A DNA stretch of 51,077 nucleotides from Candidatus Micrarchaeota archaeon (GCA_043809425.1 JAZDDV010000014.1:1-51077), one strand, 5' to 3'; counted from the stretch's first letter, positions 9,268 to 19,367 are shown. Made by a program: numbers and translations. The notes: generated by a model from the sequence alone, not told the origin.

Positions 9268-9299
9268 AAAATTAGAAGAAATGAAAGAGAAATGCAGCG
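9268..9299 (-). repeat. duplicate of the 23S rRNA trailer (32 bp exact)
   Basis: AAAATTAGAAGAAATGAAAGAGAAATGCAGCG is identical to 10975-11006. Confidence 0.9.
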
Positions 9300-9302
9300 A
9301 AT

Positions 9303-9405
9303 GTTGAGCCATCGGCTCAACTGATGAGCTTGCCTTTTGAGCAAGCTCACGATGTTGGAGCCGCTTCAGGCGACTCAACAGTTGAGCTTGTTCCGCAAGC
9401 TCAGC
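9303..9405. repeat. cluster of four related hairpins (TGAGC...GCTCA core)
   Basis: Stems at 9303-9321, 9325-9349, 9353-9380 (imperfect) and 9381-9405. Confidence 0.8.
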
Positions 9406-9475
9406 ATGGTGAGAGCGAGTTTGGAATAAACCTTTAGTGACTGCAGACTGAACAGCTCGCTTGTGCTTACTGCTT
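9406..9475 (-). repeat. 70-bp duplicate of the 23S rRNA 3' end and processing-stem arm
   Basis: 68/70 identical to 11008-11077; supplies the fic stop codon. Confidence 0.93.
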
Positions 9476-10810
9476 TGGGCTGTTAAACGCACCGGCGTGC
9501 ATGCATTTGTCCTTATCCAACCTGAAGATAAACTGTTTTCCTTTAGAGAAGGTTTGTAGATAACCCTGTTTTACCAAGCCCAAAAGGTCTGTTCTTGCAG
9601 TTTCATAGGTAATATGGTAACGTTCTTGCATTTCTAGTATAGTCATAGGCCGTTCGTCTTTGCTCATGCTGATAAGTATGTCAGCCTGACGGAAATTCAA
9701 TTTGGGGTTTTGCTGTATAATCTCAAACATCTTCCTATTTTCAGCCTTGGTTTTAGAGATGTAGTTTTCGAATGACGTCACGGCAATGTCAAGCGCGCGT
9801 AAATTAAATTTTACAAAATAGGTAACATCGTTATTGTCTGTTTCAGAGTAGAGATACGCGCGTGCATACTGGGCAGACGCATTTTTTATAGCTGTGGATA
9901 CCGCGACATATTCGAGATAATCATACTTTTGCGCCATCAGGTACCAGTAGAACAGTGCTCTCGCGGTCCGCCCGTTTCCATCATTGAAGGGATGGATATA
10001 ACCAATCATATAGTGGAGTACAATTGCCTTGACAAAGGGATGTAGGTAATAGCTGTCAGAGTCGGCGTTATTCACGAAATTACAAACTTGTTCCAGTAAC
10101 TGATTGATTTTTTTGTAGTCAGGCGGATCATAAACGATCTGATCTTCACCTTTGGCGTATACCTTCACCTCATTATCCGTTCTAAACGTTCCTTCGTATT
10201 CTTTATTTTCAAGGGTATCTTTAGTGATTTTCCTGTGAATTTCCTTAATGAAACCTAATGTTAATTTCTGGTTCGTCACCACATTCTCTTTGACATACAT
10301 CATGGTAACGTAGTTATTCACTATCATCTGCTCCGAATGATTGCGCGGCTTCCTGTTTTCCCTTAGCATTTTTTTGGCAGCTACCCGGCTTGTAGCTGCG
10401 CCCTCCAATTGACTGGAGGCGATTGCTTCCTCCATCAATGAATTTACAAGGTATTTTTTCTGCAGTTCTGGCCCCGGCATCTGGGCTTCCAGACCGATTT
10501 TACCACCTACACGTATATCCAAATCATGAAGCGCTTTCTCAATTTGAGGCGTCTGAACGTATTGTAGTGTTACTCCGTTGAGTTTAATTGGCCTATTGCT
10601 GAATCCTCTAAAAAATTTAATATAGCTCCACAACAGTTTAAGATCGACTCCCTTGAACCTATCGTCGACTTGTAATTCATCCCAGTGCAGATAATTGGTA
10701 TTAACTATGCTAAAATAATGTTTAAGCCCATCAAGAGCATTAATATCTGGATTTTGTATGAATAACTGTCTGATTTCCTCTTCGGAAGGGGGTTTTTTAG
10801 GAATTCTCAT
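9467..10810 (-). CDS. Fic-domain protein with inhibitory helix and C-terminal wHTH
   Basis: Canonical HPFNDGNGRTAR motif; SSQLEG inhibitory motif; C-terminal ITYETARTDLLGLVKQGYL wHTH. ATG at 10810 preferred over TTG at 10828. Confidence 0.92.
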   Translation of the reverse strand: MRIPKKPPSEEEIRQLFIQNPDINALDGLKHYFSIVNTNYLHWDELQVDDRFKGVDLKLLWSYIKFFRGFSNRPIKLNGVTLQYVQTPQIEKALHDLDIRVGGKIGLEAQMPGPELQKKYLVNSLMEEAIASSQLEGAATSRVAAKKMLRENRKPRNHSEQMIVNNYVTMMYVKENVVTNQKLTLGFIKEIHRKITKDTLENKEYEGTFRTDNEVKVYAKGEDQIVYDPPDYKKINQLLEQVCNFVNNADSDSYYLHPFVKAIVLHYMIGYIHPFNDGNGRTARALFYWYLMAQKYDYLEYVAVSTAIKNASAQYARAYLYSETDNNDVTYFVKFNLRALDIAVTSFENYISKTKAENRKMFEIIQQNPKLNFRQADILISMSKDERPMTILEMQERYHITYETARTDLLGLVKQGYLQTFSKGKQFIFRLDKDKCMHAGAFNSPKQ

Positions 10811-10825
10811 GAAGCATGCCTCGAA

Positions 10826-10931
10826 CAACTACTAATTTGGCATTCATTAGTATTCATTAGTAGTTACTTGGGATATTCTATTTATAAACCTATCTACTAA
10901 TTTAGCATTCATTAGTATTCATTAGTAGTTG
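10826..10931. promoter_or_regulatory. fic promoter: TATA (TTTATAAA 10881-10888) flanked by two CTACTAAT...ATTAGTAG palindromic elements
   Basis: Two copies of CTACTAATTTrGCATTCATTAGTATTCATTAGTAGTT at ~10829-10865 and ~10895-10930. Confidence 0.7.
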
Positions 10932-11029
10932 CTAACAAACAATATGGCTCGCGCTAATTATAATTAAAAAAAATAAAATTAGAAGAAATGAAAGAGAAAT
11001 GCAGCGGATGGTGAGAGCGAGTTTGGAAT

Positions 11030-13920
11030 AAACCTTTAGTGACTGCAGGCTGAACAGCTCGCTTGCGCTTACTGCTTACACCCCAGTTCTATCAAACGGA
11101 TCTGCTATCCGCGGCTCATGCCTCCTCGTCTTGAGAATCGCTTCGACCTTAGATGCTTTCAGGTCTTATCGATGTGGCGCGTGGCTGCCCGGCAATGCAA
11201 TTCACAACCGGTAGACTAGAGGCGCCGGATCTCCGTTCCTCTCGTACTCAAAGATCCTTCCTCTCAAGAGGCAATCGCTCCCAGAAGATACTACCGTACT
11301 GTCTCGCGACGTACTGAACCCAGCTCATGTGGGATTTTAATGGATGAACAACCCAACCCTTGGTGGCTCCTGCACCACCAGGATATCCCAAGCCGACAGC
11401 GATGTACCAAACCGCGGGGTCGATGTGTACTCTCGCCCGCGACGAGCCTGTTACCTCCAGGGTAGCTTGTCTGACAGATAGAACCCTCATCAATAAGGTA
11501 TCTATGTTCGCTAAGCCCGAGTTTCCTCTCTGCATCCCACGCTTTTAGGGATACAGTCAGCCATGCATTTGTCTTTCACCCTCTACTCCGGATTTCTGAC
11601 CCGGATGAGCATAGCATTGGGCGCCCTTGTTTCCTTATCGAGGGCGTACCGCCCCAGCCGAACCGCCCACCAGACGCTGTTCCCTTGCGGGTAAGCAATA
11701 CAGATCATACAAAGTGGTGTTACACTTTCGCCTATTCACTGCCCGAAAGCAATGACATAACGGCTCCCACTTACGCTAGGTAGCACAATACGTATTACAA
11801 CATCTGACTGCGGTAAAGCTCCATGGAGTCTTCGTTTCCCTCTGGGAGTCTCCGGCATCTTCACCGGATAGTGAGTTCACCAGGTCCCAGGTAGGGACAG
11901 TGGGAAAGTCGTTACGCCATTCATGCAAGCCGCCAATTAAGCGGCGAGGTATTACGCTACCTTAAGAGGGTCAGAGTTACCCCCGCTCTTTACCAGCCCT
12001 TCTCCCGGTTGAAACCGATTTTCAGGTACTGGCAGTGGGCAGGCGTCAGCCACTATACTAAGCCTTTCGACTTTGCAGTGACTTGTGTTTTTGATAAACA
12101 GTCGCTATCCCCTTGTTACTGAGACCTCCGCATTACTCATGCGAAGGCACCCCTTATACCTAAGATACAGGGCTAACTTGCCGAGTTCCCTTACCCGAGT
12201 TCTCCTGACACATCTTAGCCTTTTCAGCTAGAGCACCTGTACTGGTTCTTGGTACGAACACACAGGATCGTTCCACGCTTCTTTTCATGGGCCCCTGGAT
12301 TTAATGGAATTATCCATTGGATTTTCGTCTGCTTCTCCTCATAATGAGACTCCACAGATCTACTATCCTCCGACGGCCGCAGCCGCTCCACCTATCCGAA
12401 GGCGCAAAGACGTGGCATGCCTTTCGGCAGCCTACCTATGTGGGGCCGGAATGTTAACCGGCTTCCCTGATTTCGCGGAGAAAGAATTACTTCTCCACTT
12501 AGGATCGCCTAACCCTCGGCTGACAAACGTTGCCGAGGAAACCTTGCTCCATAAGATGTCTAGGATTCTCACCTAGATATTGCTGTTACTGACACCAGGA
12601 TATTCATAACAGGCAGCTCCATAGGACTTCACAGCCCTACTTCTGCGCAACCCGTTCGCCCCCCTAACCCACAAGCTTTCGCTTGGGTTGGGTATCGGAA
12701 GCTAGCTTAGCCCCGGAAATCTTCAGAATCTGCACTCTCGGCCGGTCCGCTATTACGCGTTGTTTAAAGGATGGCTGCTTCTGAGCCTACCTCCCGACTG
12801 TCTTTGAATAGAGACGCTTTTGCAGTTCACACTTAGCTAGCATTTAGGGTCCTTAACCCAACGTGCGGTCAATCCCGCATAGGTGTACAAGCTTACCCCG
12901 TACACCCAACTGCCCTCTTCTACGCGGATAAAGAATTCGGAGTTTGAAAAAACGGTGATCCCTTTCGGAACCGCTCCGTCTAATCAGTGCTCTACCTCTT
13001 TATCACGCTCCAAGGACGCTGTGCTGAGACACATTTTGAGGGGAACTCGCTATTGCCGTGTTCGACAGGACTATCACCCCTACACCCAAGTCACCTAAAG
13101 GGAATATACCACCAATAGTTTCGGGCCTCCACTGACCGTCAAGCCAGCTTCGCCCTGCTCGGGAGTAGATCACAACGGCTTCGGGTCTTACAGGAGTGAC
13201 TGATCGCGAATAACCACGACGTCCCTGACACCTTGCGGTGCTGCGGACACTTGGTTTCCCTTCGGCTTTCGCCTCGCCACGCCTATAAACTCCCTGGCTC
13301 TTGCTTCGAGAAGAAAGATAAGACACCGGTTAAGCCAGGTCGTTCCATCCGTTTCCAGACTTAACTTCCCTGGCCCTATCCTTTCGTGCCTTATCCTAAT
13401 GTAACCGTCTAGTTTCAGGTCTTTTCACACTGCTTCCGCAGTTCTTTTCACCCTTTGCTCGCGCTACTAAATACACTATCGGTCTTATGCCGCATGTTTA
13501 GACTTGGAGGTTGATACCCCCATATTCATGCCCCCAATCAAGAGGACACTACTCATCAGGTTCCCTCCTTTCACCTTAATCTACGGGACTGTCACCCGCT
13601 ATGGTACGGCATTCCAGCCGACTTCGACTCAATGAAAGGATAGTACTAACCCCACCACATCTACTGTCACATTACTGCAACAGCATTCGGGACGGTCTAA
13701 CCGGCTTTCACTCGTGTTACTCGCCGGATCTCAATTGATTTCTCTTCCTTCCCCTACTAAGACGCTTCATTTCGGGGAGTTTTTGCGCTTTCCAGTTGCC
13801 CGGAAAGTGCACAGCCAATCCCTCGGATCACAACCTACATGCGGTTACCCGAGGATTATCGCAGCTTGTCGCGTGGCCGTGAGGGCATAAGCCTAGGCAT
13901 CCACTAGACGGTATAAAATA
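11030..13920 (-). rRNA. rrl: 23S ribosomal RNA (archaeal type, unlinked from 16S/5S); ends approximate
   Basis: Sarcin-ricin loop AGTACGAGAGGAAC (11235-11248, minus), peptidyl-transferase segment TGAGCTGGGTTCAGTACGTCGCGAGACAG, 5' GTGGATGCCTAGGC; ~2.9 kb. Confidence 0.97.
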
Positions 13921-13941
13921 TCTAGAATTACTCTCTAGAAC

Positions 13942-14027
13942 CCAAACTCACTTTGGAAGACTCACCATTAGAAACTAAACTCGTAGTATTAACTAAGTTT
14001 AATTTCTATAATATCTTCCGCTGCATT
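13942..14027 (-). other. 5' arm of the pre-23S processing stem
   Basis: 13961-13968 is the reverse complement of 11008-11015; 13942-13951 pairs with 11017-11026; 14017-14027 is the reverse complement of 10998-11008. Confidence 0.75.
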
Positions 14028-14156
14028 CTCTTCCACTCGACTTACTCCCCGCAAAGCGGTGAGAGAACAAGCCATCTGATGGTCTTTTCCTCAACGCGCA
14101 TGAAGCGCGCTCATTGGAATAAGCAGACGTTTGTAGCCATTATTAGGAGCATACGT

Positions 14157-14175
14157 CTTTATAAAGGTTTTCAAG
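14157..14175 (-). promoter_or_regulatory. putative rRNA promoter (BRE/TATA: GAAAACCTTTATAAAG)
   Basis: TATA consensus ~240 nt upstream of the 23S 5' end, on the correct strand. Confidence 0.5.
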
Positions 14176-14243
14176 ACTTGAGCTGGTAAAAAACCGATAA
14201 AAGCGAAAAAGACGGAAAACGACGGAAAAAAACAGGAAAATGT

Positions 14244-15725
14244 TTACTGGTCAAGCAGCAATTCAGCCCTATCCATATCAGCCATCATCTTGGTTACTAT
14301 CTTTTCCGCATCAGCCGTATCTGCAACAGACACGGAAATCTTCTTTTTTTGATTGGCTTTGACTTTCCTTGGTGCGTTGCCTGAAGCTTCAGTCCAGGCG
14401 CCTATATAAGTATCTATATTCTCCAGCAGCGACTCAAGCTCTTTTTTCACATTTTGCGATTTTGCATCTTTCTTGCCTTTCAGCTCTGCTATTCTGTCTT
14501 CCAGCCTTTTGCTCAGGTTGCTGCCCCGCATATTCTTGACCAGTTCTTTTACCTTTACAACAAGCGAATGCACTTTCTCTGCATCTGCTTCTTTCTGCTC
14601 TTTTTTGACCGGAGGGGTTGCTTTGCCAGGCTGCTCAAGCGATTCAAGAACTTTTTCCGCGTCTATGATGGCTTGTTTCATTTTTTTCGCCATCTCTTTG
14701 GCCATAAGAAGAAACTGAATGTGGTATGCCTGGGTATTAAAGGTTTCATCTACGTTACTCTCAGCTATCCGAAGAGAGTCCTTTAGCATGGTTTCAGTGT
14801 CGGAAAACGAAGCAACATAGTGGGCTATGCCGTTTTCGATTTTTTCTGCCTTGGTTTGATCGGTTTTTCTTAATTTTTCTAGCGCCTTGCTAAACCTTCC
14901 TGCATAATCATTTTTGTTTATAACGGATTCAAGATTGTGGATTTCGTCCAGCACATTTTTCAGATTGTTCCTGAACTCTTTATCTTCTTTTGTCGTCTCA
15001 GGAGCTTTTCCAGGTTGCTCAAGCGCTTCAAGTATTTTTTCTGCTTTGGCAATGGCGTCTTTCATGTCTTTCTCTATGTCATTGGCTGAATTAAGCTCCT
15101 TAAGATTGGATTCCTGCTGGACGAAGTTGCTGCCTATACCACTGTCAGCAATTCGAAGCCATCCATTTATTGCGTCGTCCATGAATAAAAAGATGGTGAT
15201 TTTATAGGATAGGTTACTGACCTCGATGGCCCTATCTAATTGCCCGCTTGCTCTTAATTGTTCTATAATATCATCAATTCTTTTATTAAGATTCTTTGCC
15301 TTGATTTCTGCTATCAGGCTGCGGACCTTTAAAATTGTGATTTTCATATCTGATTTGAACTCGCGATCGCGTTTTTTCCTTTCCTTGACAAGCGTCTCTT
15401 TCTCCGGATCAGGAAACAGGTGGATTTTGTCGACGGGTTTGGCGTCCACCGCGATTACTTCTGCCTTCTTAACGTCGCCTGCCAATGAGCCGCCTTTTTG
15501 GGTTTCTGCAGCAACAGGCGTTTCAATCGGCTTGGTAGCGCCTTTTGTGGAAGCGCAGCCGGTAAGAGCCAAAGCGACAGCAAAAACAGTGCAGCCTGCA
15601 GCAAGTGCAAACCTGCGCTTTGCCTTTAGCGCCATCTGAACTATCTTGTTGCGCTTGGTATCTTCAGACTTGGCAAAATTCTTCTGACGAACGTCAGCAT
15701 TTTCTCTGCAATAGCGTAATTTCAT
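14244..15725 (-). CDS. putative lipoprotein with three internal helical repeats
   Basis: Hydrophobic stretch ending in lipobox-like LTGC; repeats AEKILEALEQPGKA / AEKVLESLEQPGKA / AELLLDQ; GGTGA RBS. Confidence 0.7.
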   Translation of the reverse strand: MKLRYCRENADVRQKNFAKSEDTKRNKIVQMALKAKRRFALAAGCTVFAVALALTGCASTKGATKPIETPVAAETQKGGSLAGDVKKAEVIAVDAKPVDKIHLFPDPEKETLVKERKKRDREFKSDMKITILKVRSLIAEIKAKNLNKRIDDIIEQLRASGQLDRAIEVSNLSYKITIFLFMDDAINGWLRIADSGIGSNFVQQESNLKELNSANDIEKDMKDAIAKAEKILEALEQPGKAPETTKEDKEFRNNLKNVLDEIHNLESVINKNDYAGRFSKALEKLRKTDQTKAEKIENGIAHYVASFSDTETMLKDSLRIAESNVDETFNTQAYHIQFLLMAKEMAKKMKQAIIDAEKVLESLEQPGKATPPVKKEQKEADAEKVHSLVVKVKELVKNMRGSNLSKRLEDRIAELKGKKDAKSQNVKKELESLLENIDTYIGAWTEASGNAPRKVKANQKKKISVSVADTADAEKIVTKMMADMDRAELLLDQ

Positions 15726-15817
15726 TATGTTTTCACCTGTTATAATATATGCAAAGAAAGGTATTTAAACTGAAGTGTCAGCAGAAGAATGAAAAGATAA
15801 CTATGATAATATTATAG

Positions 15818-16480
15818 CTATTTCATGTACGCTTTCTGGATTACAACGTCCTGCACTGGCCAGTCATCGTAATTTCCGCGGCTTGCTGTCTGCACTGCTT
15901 CTATTTTCTTGACAACGTCCATGCCGCTTGTCACTTTGCCGAAGACTGCGTAGCCCGGGTTGCTCGGCGTGTAGTCAAGGAAGCTATTATCAGCAACGTT
16001 GATGAAGAACTGTGATGTTGCACTGTTCGGATCGTTTGTTCGCGCCATGGCAACTGTGCCTGCAGTATTCTTCAGGCCGTTATTCGACTCCAGCTTTATT
16101 GGCGCTTGCACCGGCTTTTCCTTGCCGCCTGCGAAGCCACCACCTTGAATCATGAATCCTTTTATCACCCTGTGGAAAACAGTGCCGTCGTACTGCCCTG
16201 CCTTCACGTAGGTGACGAAGTTTTCCACAGTAACCGGCGCTTTTGCCCTGTTAAGCTCTATTTCTATATTTCCCATGCTTGTTTCAAGAACTACTGTTTC
16301 TGCCATGTTTTCACCTGTTGACTGATTTTGGCTTGTTTGATTTGCGGACTGATTTACTGGAACGTTTGCTGCCTGTGCTGCGTTATTTCCGTTTTTCTGC
16401 AGCGAATTAATGAGAAGAAAAACCCCTGCAAGCACCAGCACTGCGACTACTGCAAAAATAATCGTTTTCTTGTAATCCAA
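15818..16480 (-). CDS. cyclophilin-type peptidyl-prolyl isomerase with N-terminal membrane anchor
   Basis: [28 protein letters not shown] and YAVFGKV motifs; N-terminal hydrophobic helix and N/Q linker. Confidence 0.95.
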   Translation of the reverse strand: MDYKKTIIFAVVAVLVLAGVFLLINSLQKNGNNAAQAANVPVNQSANQTSQNQSTGENMAETVVLETSMGNIEIELNRAKAPVTVENFVTYVKAGQYDGTVFHRVIKGFMIQGGGFAGGKEKPVQAPIKLESNNGLKNTAGTVAMARTNDPNSATSQFFINVADNSFLDYTPSNPGYAVFGKVTSGMDVVKKIEAVQTASRGNYDDWPVQDVVIQKAYMK

Positions 16481-16583
16481 TTACTCACCTCTTGCAGATG
16501 GAAACGAAAGGATTAAAATCAGAAGGCAAATACAAGCTTTTTAAAACACTTCCTAACACTAATTATCTTGATAAGGTGCACTA

Positions 16584-17303
16584 ATGGAAAGCGAGAACGA
16601 TCTGATAAACCGACTGCGCAGTAATGATTCTTACCAACAGGCAGCGGCAGCTCAGGATATCAGGTTTATCGCCATGGGCGGGACAGTACTGAACAATGTC
16701 ATCGTACTCAAGCTTGAAGAGATAGTGATGAATTACGAGACGCATGTATTTGCAAAAGCAAACGGGGCAGAAGCGCTTGCCTACCATTATTTCAACAGAG
16801 GAGTTCCTGAAGAGGTTGAAAACCTGCTGAATAACAAGGACCCGTTTGTAAGGGAAGGCGCGATCCACGCAGTAAGGACTCATTTTGACAAGGGCTTTGA
16901 CATCAGTTATGTTGTTGTGACGCTTTGCAGCAGGCTCAGGGACTTAAGGAAGGAAAACAGGGCCAACATAGCCAAGATCGTGAATGATTTTGTTGATGGA
17001 TGCGAAGACCAGCCACTGCTTGATAGAATACAGGATGTGGTGGATGAAATAGACGCTGGAAATCTTGAAGCAAAGTTCACGGCAATTGAGATTTCTGAAA
17101 GAAGGGCCCACCTGAGAATAGAAAAAGGAGTGACGGACCCAAGGGCAGAACCGCGACTGGCAGCTCCTGCAAAACCTTCTGTAAGGCCAGCTGCATCTGG
17201 CGTTAAATCAATTGTCAGGCCAACAATAAAGCCGCCGGAAAAAAACGAAGACCAAACAGGTTCCCGCACCTGGCAGGCAGTAAAGAAAATCTTCAGCGGC
17301 TGA
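16584..17303 (+). CDS. hypothetical protein with a HEAT-like segment and Pro/Lys-rich tail
   Basis: LLNNKDPFVREGAIHA resembles a HEAT repeat; upstream AAGGTG RBS. Confidence 0.65.
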   Translation: MESENDLINRLRSNDSYQQAAAAQDIRFIAMGGTVLNNVIVLKLEEIVMNYETHVFAKANGAEALAYHYFNRGVPEEVENLLNNKDPFVREGAIHAVRTHFDKGFDISYVVVTLCSRLRDLRKENRANIAKIVNDFVDGCEDQPLLDRIQDVVDEIDAGNLEAKFTAIEISERRAHLRIEKGVTDPRAEPRLAAPAKPSVRPAASGVKSIVRPTIKPPEKNEDQTGSRTWQAVKKIFSG

Positions 17304-17320
17304 AAAAAGCGTTTTCCTAG

Positions 17321-17947
17321 CTACTGTCTGCCAGTAGTGCCAAGCGGCGCGGGAACTTTTATTTTCTCCGCAGGCTTAAGCACGTATTTCGCATACGTCT
17401 TAACTGCTTTAGGCATAGCCGCATCTTCACAGATCTTCACTATGAATTCCTTGTCATTCCTGCGGCCTTCTGCAATGCTGTTTTTGTAGATTCTCACTGC
17501 CTTGACGCCTGCGCTGACGCGCACCTTCATCGGCACGTCCTTGTTCCTTGCCAGGCATTCCAGCGCAAGCGTGTCGCCGTTCTTTGCATAGAGCTTAATG
17601 GCTTCGGTGCCGGCTTCAATCTGCAGTATATCTGGAAAAAGTTCGTTGCTTGCAATCTGCATAAGGCAAAGTGCGTCTTTTTTCTCAACCGCTGAGGAGA
17701 TAGTTACCCGGACGATAACCAATGCGTTCTCATCCTCACCAAGTTCGCGGAATTTGCTTGCCAATTGGCCGCAGGCCACCGGCTCTGCCTGAGCTGGTCG
17801 AGCAGGAATGTCTCTTGCCAGGGCTGGCTTCAATGTGAAAACGCCTTCCAGCAGCAATGCGGCGGCAAATGTAAATGCGAGTAATTTTTTCTTCAATGGG
17901 TGCACGCCGTGGCTAACCCGCTCCGGCCTTCTTGCAAGAACCTTCAC
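17321..17947 (-). CDS. hypothetical exported protein with short helical repeats
   Basis: GTG at 17947 follows GGAGGTGG; hydrophobic segment ending PALA; repeated AG..A...Y motif. Confidence 0.6.
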   Translation of the reverse strand: MKVLARRPERVSHGVHPLKKKLLAFTFAAALLLEGVFTLKPALARDIPARPAQAEPVACGQLASKFRELGEDENALVIVRVTISSAVEKKDALCLMQIASNELFPDILQIEAGTEAIKLYAKNGDTLALECLARNKDVPMKVRVSAGVKAVRIYKNSIAEGRRNDKEFIVKICEDAAMPKAVKTYAKYVLKPAEKIKVPAPLGTTGRQ

Positions 17948-18049
17948 AGCTACCACCTCCCTATAAGGTGATAGTATGTAATAAAATGTTTTTAAATGTT
18001 TGTTAGTGGTCAAAATCAGTGTAAATTAGTGTTTTTTATTGCAGTGTAT

Positions 18050-18700
18050 TTACACTGCGGACAAAATTTTGCAATTTTGTCCTTGCACGACGTAAAGTTT
18101 CTCGTTTTTTTCAAGCTGCAGCTCGACAAGCGGCGGTAGCAGACGCGGCTTCGGCAATTCCTGCTTTACCCGCGTAGCGCCAAATATGAATCGAGCGTAA
18201 TCCAGGAATTTGCTGTTAAGAGCAGCCGGCTCATTCTCAAACGGCAGGCCAAACGTCGGCGCAGTCACTGCACTAGCTAGCCACAAACCGGCTACGCCGT
18301 CGCTGCGCATACGGTCAAGAATGGCTGCGCGCCACCTGAACGAATCATAGCTCCAGCCAGCAGGCGCCTGCATGCTTACTACTATATCTATAATGCTGCC
18401 AGTCAGCGCTGCCTTCACATAGGGCGAAAGCTGGTCGTACACGCCGAACTCGTTTACAGGCAGCTCTACTTTCAGTATGAGCTGCACGCCTACGGCATTC
18501 TCCAGCGATTTTACTGCATAACCAAGCTGCTGCGGAGTGACATTCTGCTTTTTGCCGTTGCGCGGAAGCACGATAGCTGCGCTAAGCGTGCCGCTGGCAA
18601 CTTTTTGCAGCGGCTCAAGCAACGGCCTTGCCACGCGCACTGGAAACGGAATTCTTACGGTTTGTGTATTTCTTACGGCTTGCAACTGCACTGATTTCAC
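18050..18700 (-). CDS. hypothetical protein
   Basis: 216-aa ORF filling the gap; no motif recognised. Confidence 0.55.
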   Translation of the reverse strand: MKSVQLQAVRNTQTVRIPFPVRVARPLLEPLQKVASGTLSAAIVLPRNGKKQNVTPQQLGYAVKSLENAVGVQLILKVELPVNEFGVYDQLSPYVKAALTGSIIDIVVSMQAPAGWSYDSFRWRAAILDRMRSDGVAGLWLASAVTAPTFGLPFENEPAALNSKFLDYARFIFGATRVKQELPKPRLLPPLVELQLEKNEKLYVVQGQNCKILSAV

Positions 18701-18860
18701 CCGGTTGATTATTATTTTTGGAATAAATAAACCATCTAAAATAGTTAAAGAAGGTAACGTTATATAAATCTACGTCGATAATTTTAATATTCCTAAAAGA
18801 ATAAAACGTCGCAGAAAACTGGCCATGAAGGTTTTTAGATTTTCCCCCTGTTAACAAGGC

Positions 18861-19301
18861 ATGCGTATAACGAAGATCGGGAAGAATGCTTACAAAAGAT
18901 TCGTGGACAGTGAGATGAAGGACTTTTTCATTGATTTCTTCGGTAAGAGCGTGGGCAGCGACTACTATAAAACATATTCATTCAAGGAAAAGAAATTCTT
19001 GTTTGCAGCAAAGGAAAAAGGAAAGACAATCGGCGTAATCCTCCTGCGGGTTGGTCACCGGGTGGCCAGCATAGGCGCATTTGCCGTGACAAAAGGTTAC
19101 AGGAAAAAAGGCGTCGGCTCAAAGCTGCTGGAAAAATGCGAAGCTGTCGCAAGGAAGAACAGATGCAAGAAGATCTGGCTATGGACAGTTCCCGCAATGC
19201 CCGCCTATAAATTCTACAAAGAGAATGGTTACAAAGAAGAGGCCCGGCTGAAAAAACACTTTGGCGGCAGGGATCTTTGCGTCCTGAGCAAGTTTTTCTA
19301 G
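18861..19301 (+). CDS. GNAT family N-acetyltransferase
   Basis: Motif A VTKGYRKKGVGSKLL and AYKFYKENGY. Confidence 0.9.
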   Translation: MRITKIGKNAYKRFVDSEMKDFFIDFFGKSVGSDYYKTYSFKEKKFLFAAKEKGKTIGVILLRVGHRVASIGAFAVTKGYRKKGVGSKLLEKCEAVARKNRCKKIWLWTVPAMPAYKFYKENGYKEEARLKKHFGGRDLCVLSKFF

Positions 19302-19367
19302 CCCCCTAAAACCATTATAAAGTTATCTTCGAAAGGTAGTAAAATTCCAGTTGAGCGGGTGGACTAT

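Noticed and set aside
9253-9492. 79-aa minus-strand ORF
   Set aside because: It reads through the rRNA duplicate and hairpin cluster; no protein-like features.
9195-10931. CRISPR array suggested by the repeated palindromes
   Set aside because: No regular repeat-spacer periodicity and no cas genes.
11030-13920. Possible intron or homing endonuclease in the 23S gene
   Set aside because: Length (~2.9 kb) is normal and no inserted ORF was seen; tiny inserts cannot be excluded without alignment.
11248-14189. Short ORFs listed within the 23S gene and its leader
   Set aside because: They overlap clear rRNA sequence and are chance frames.
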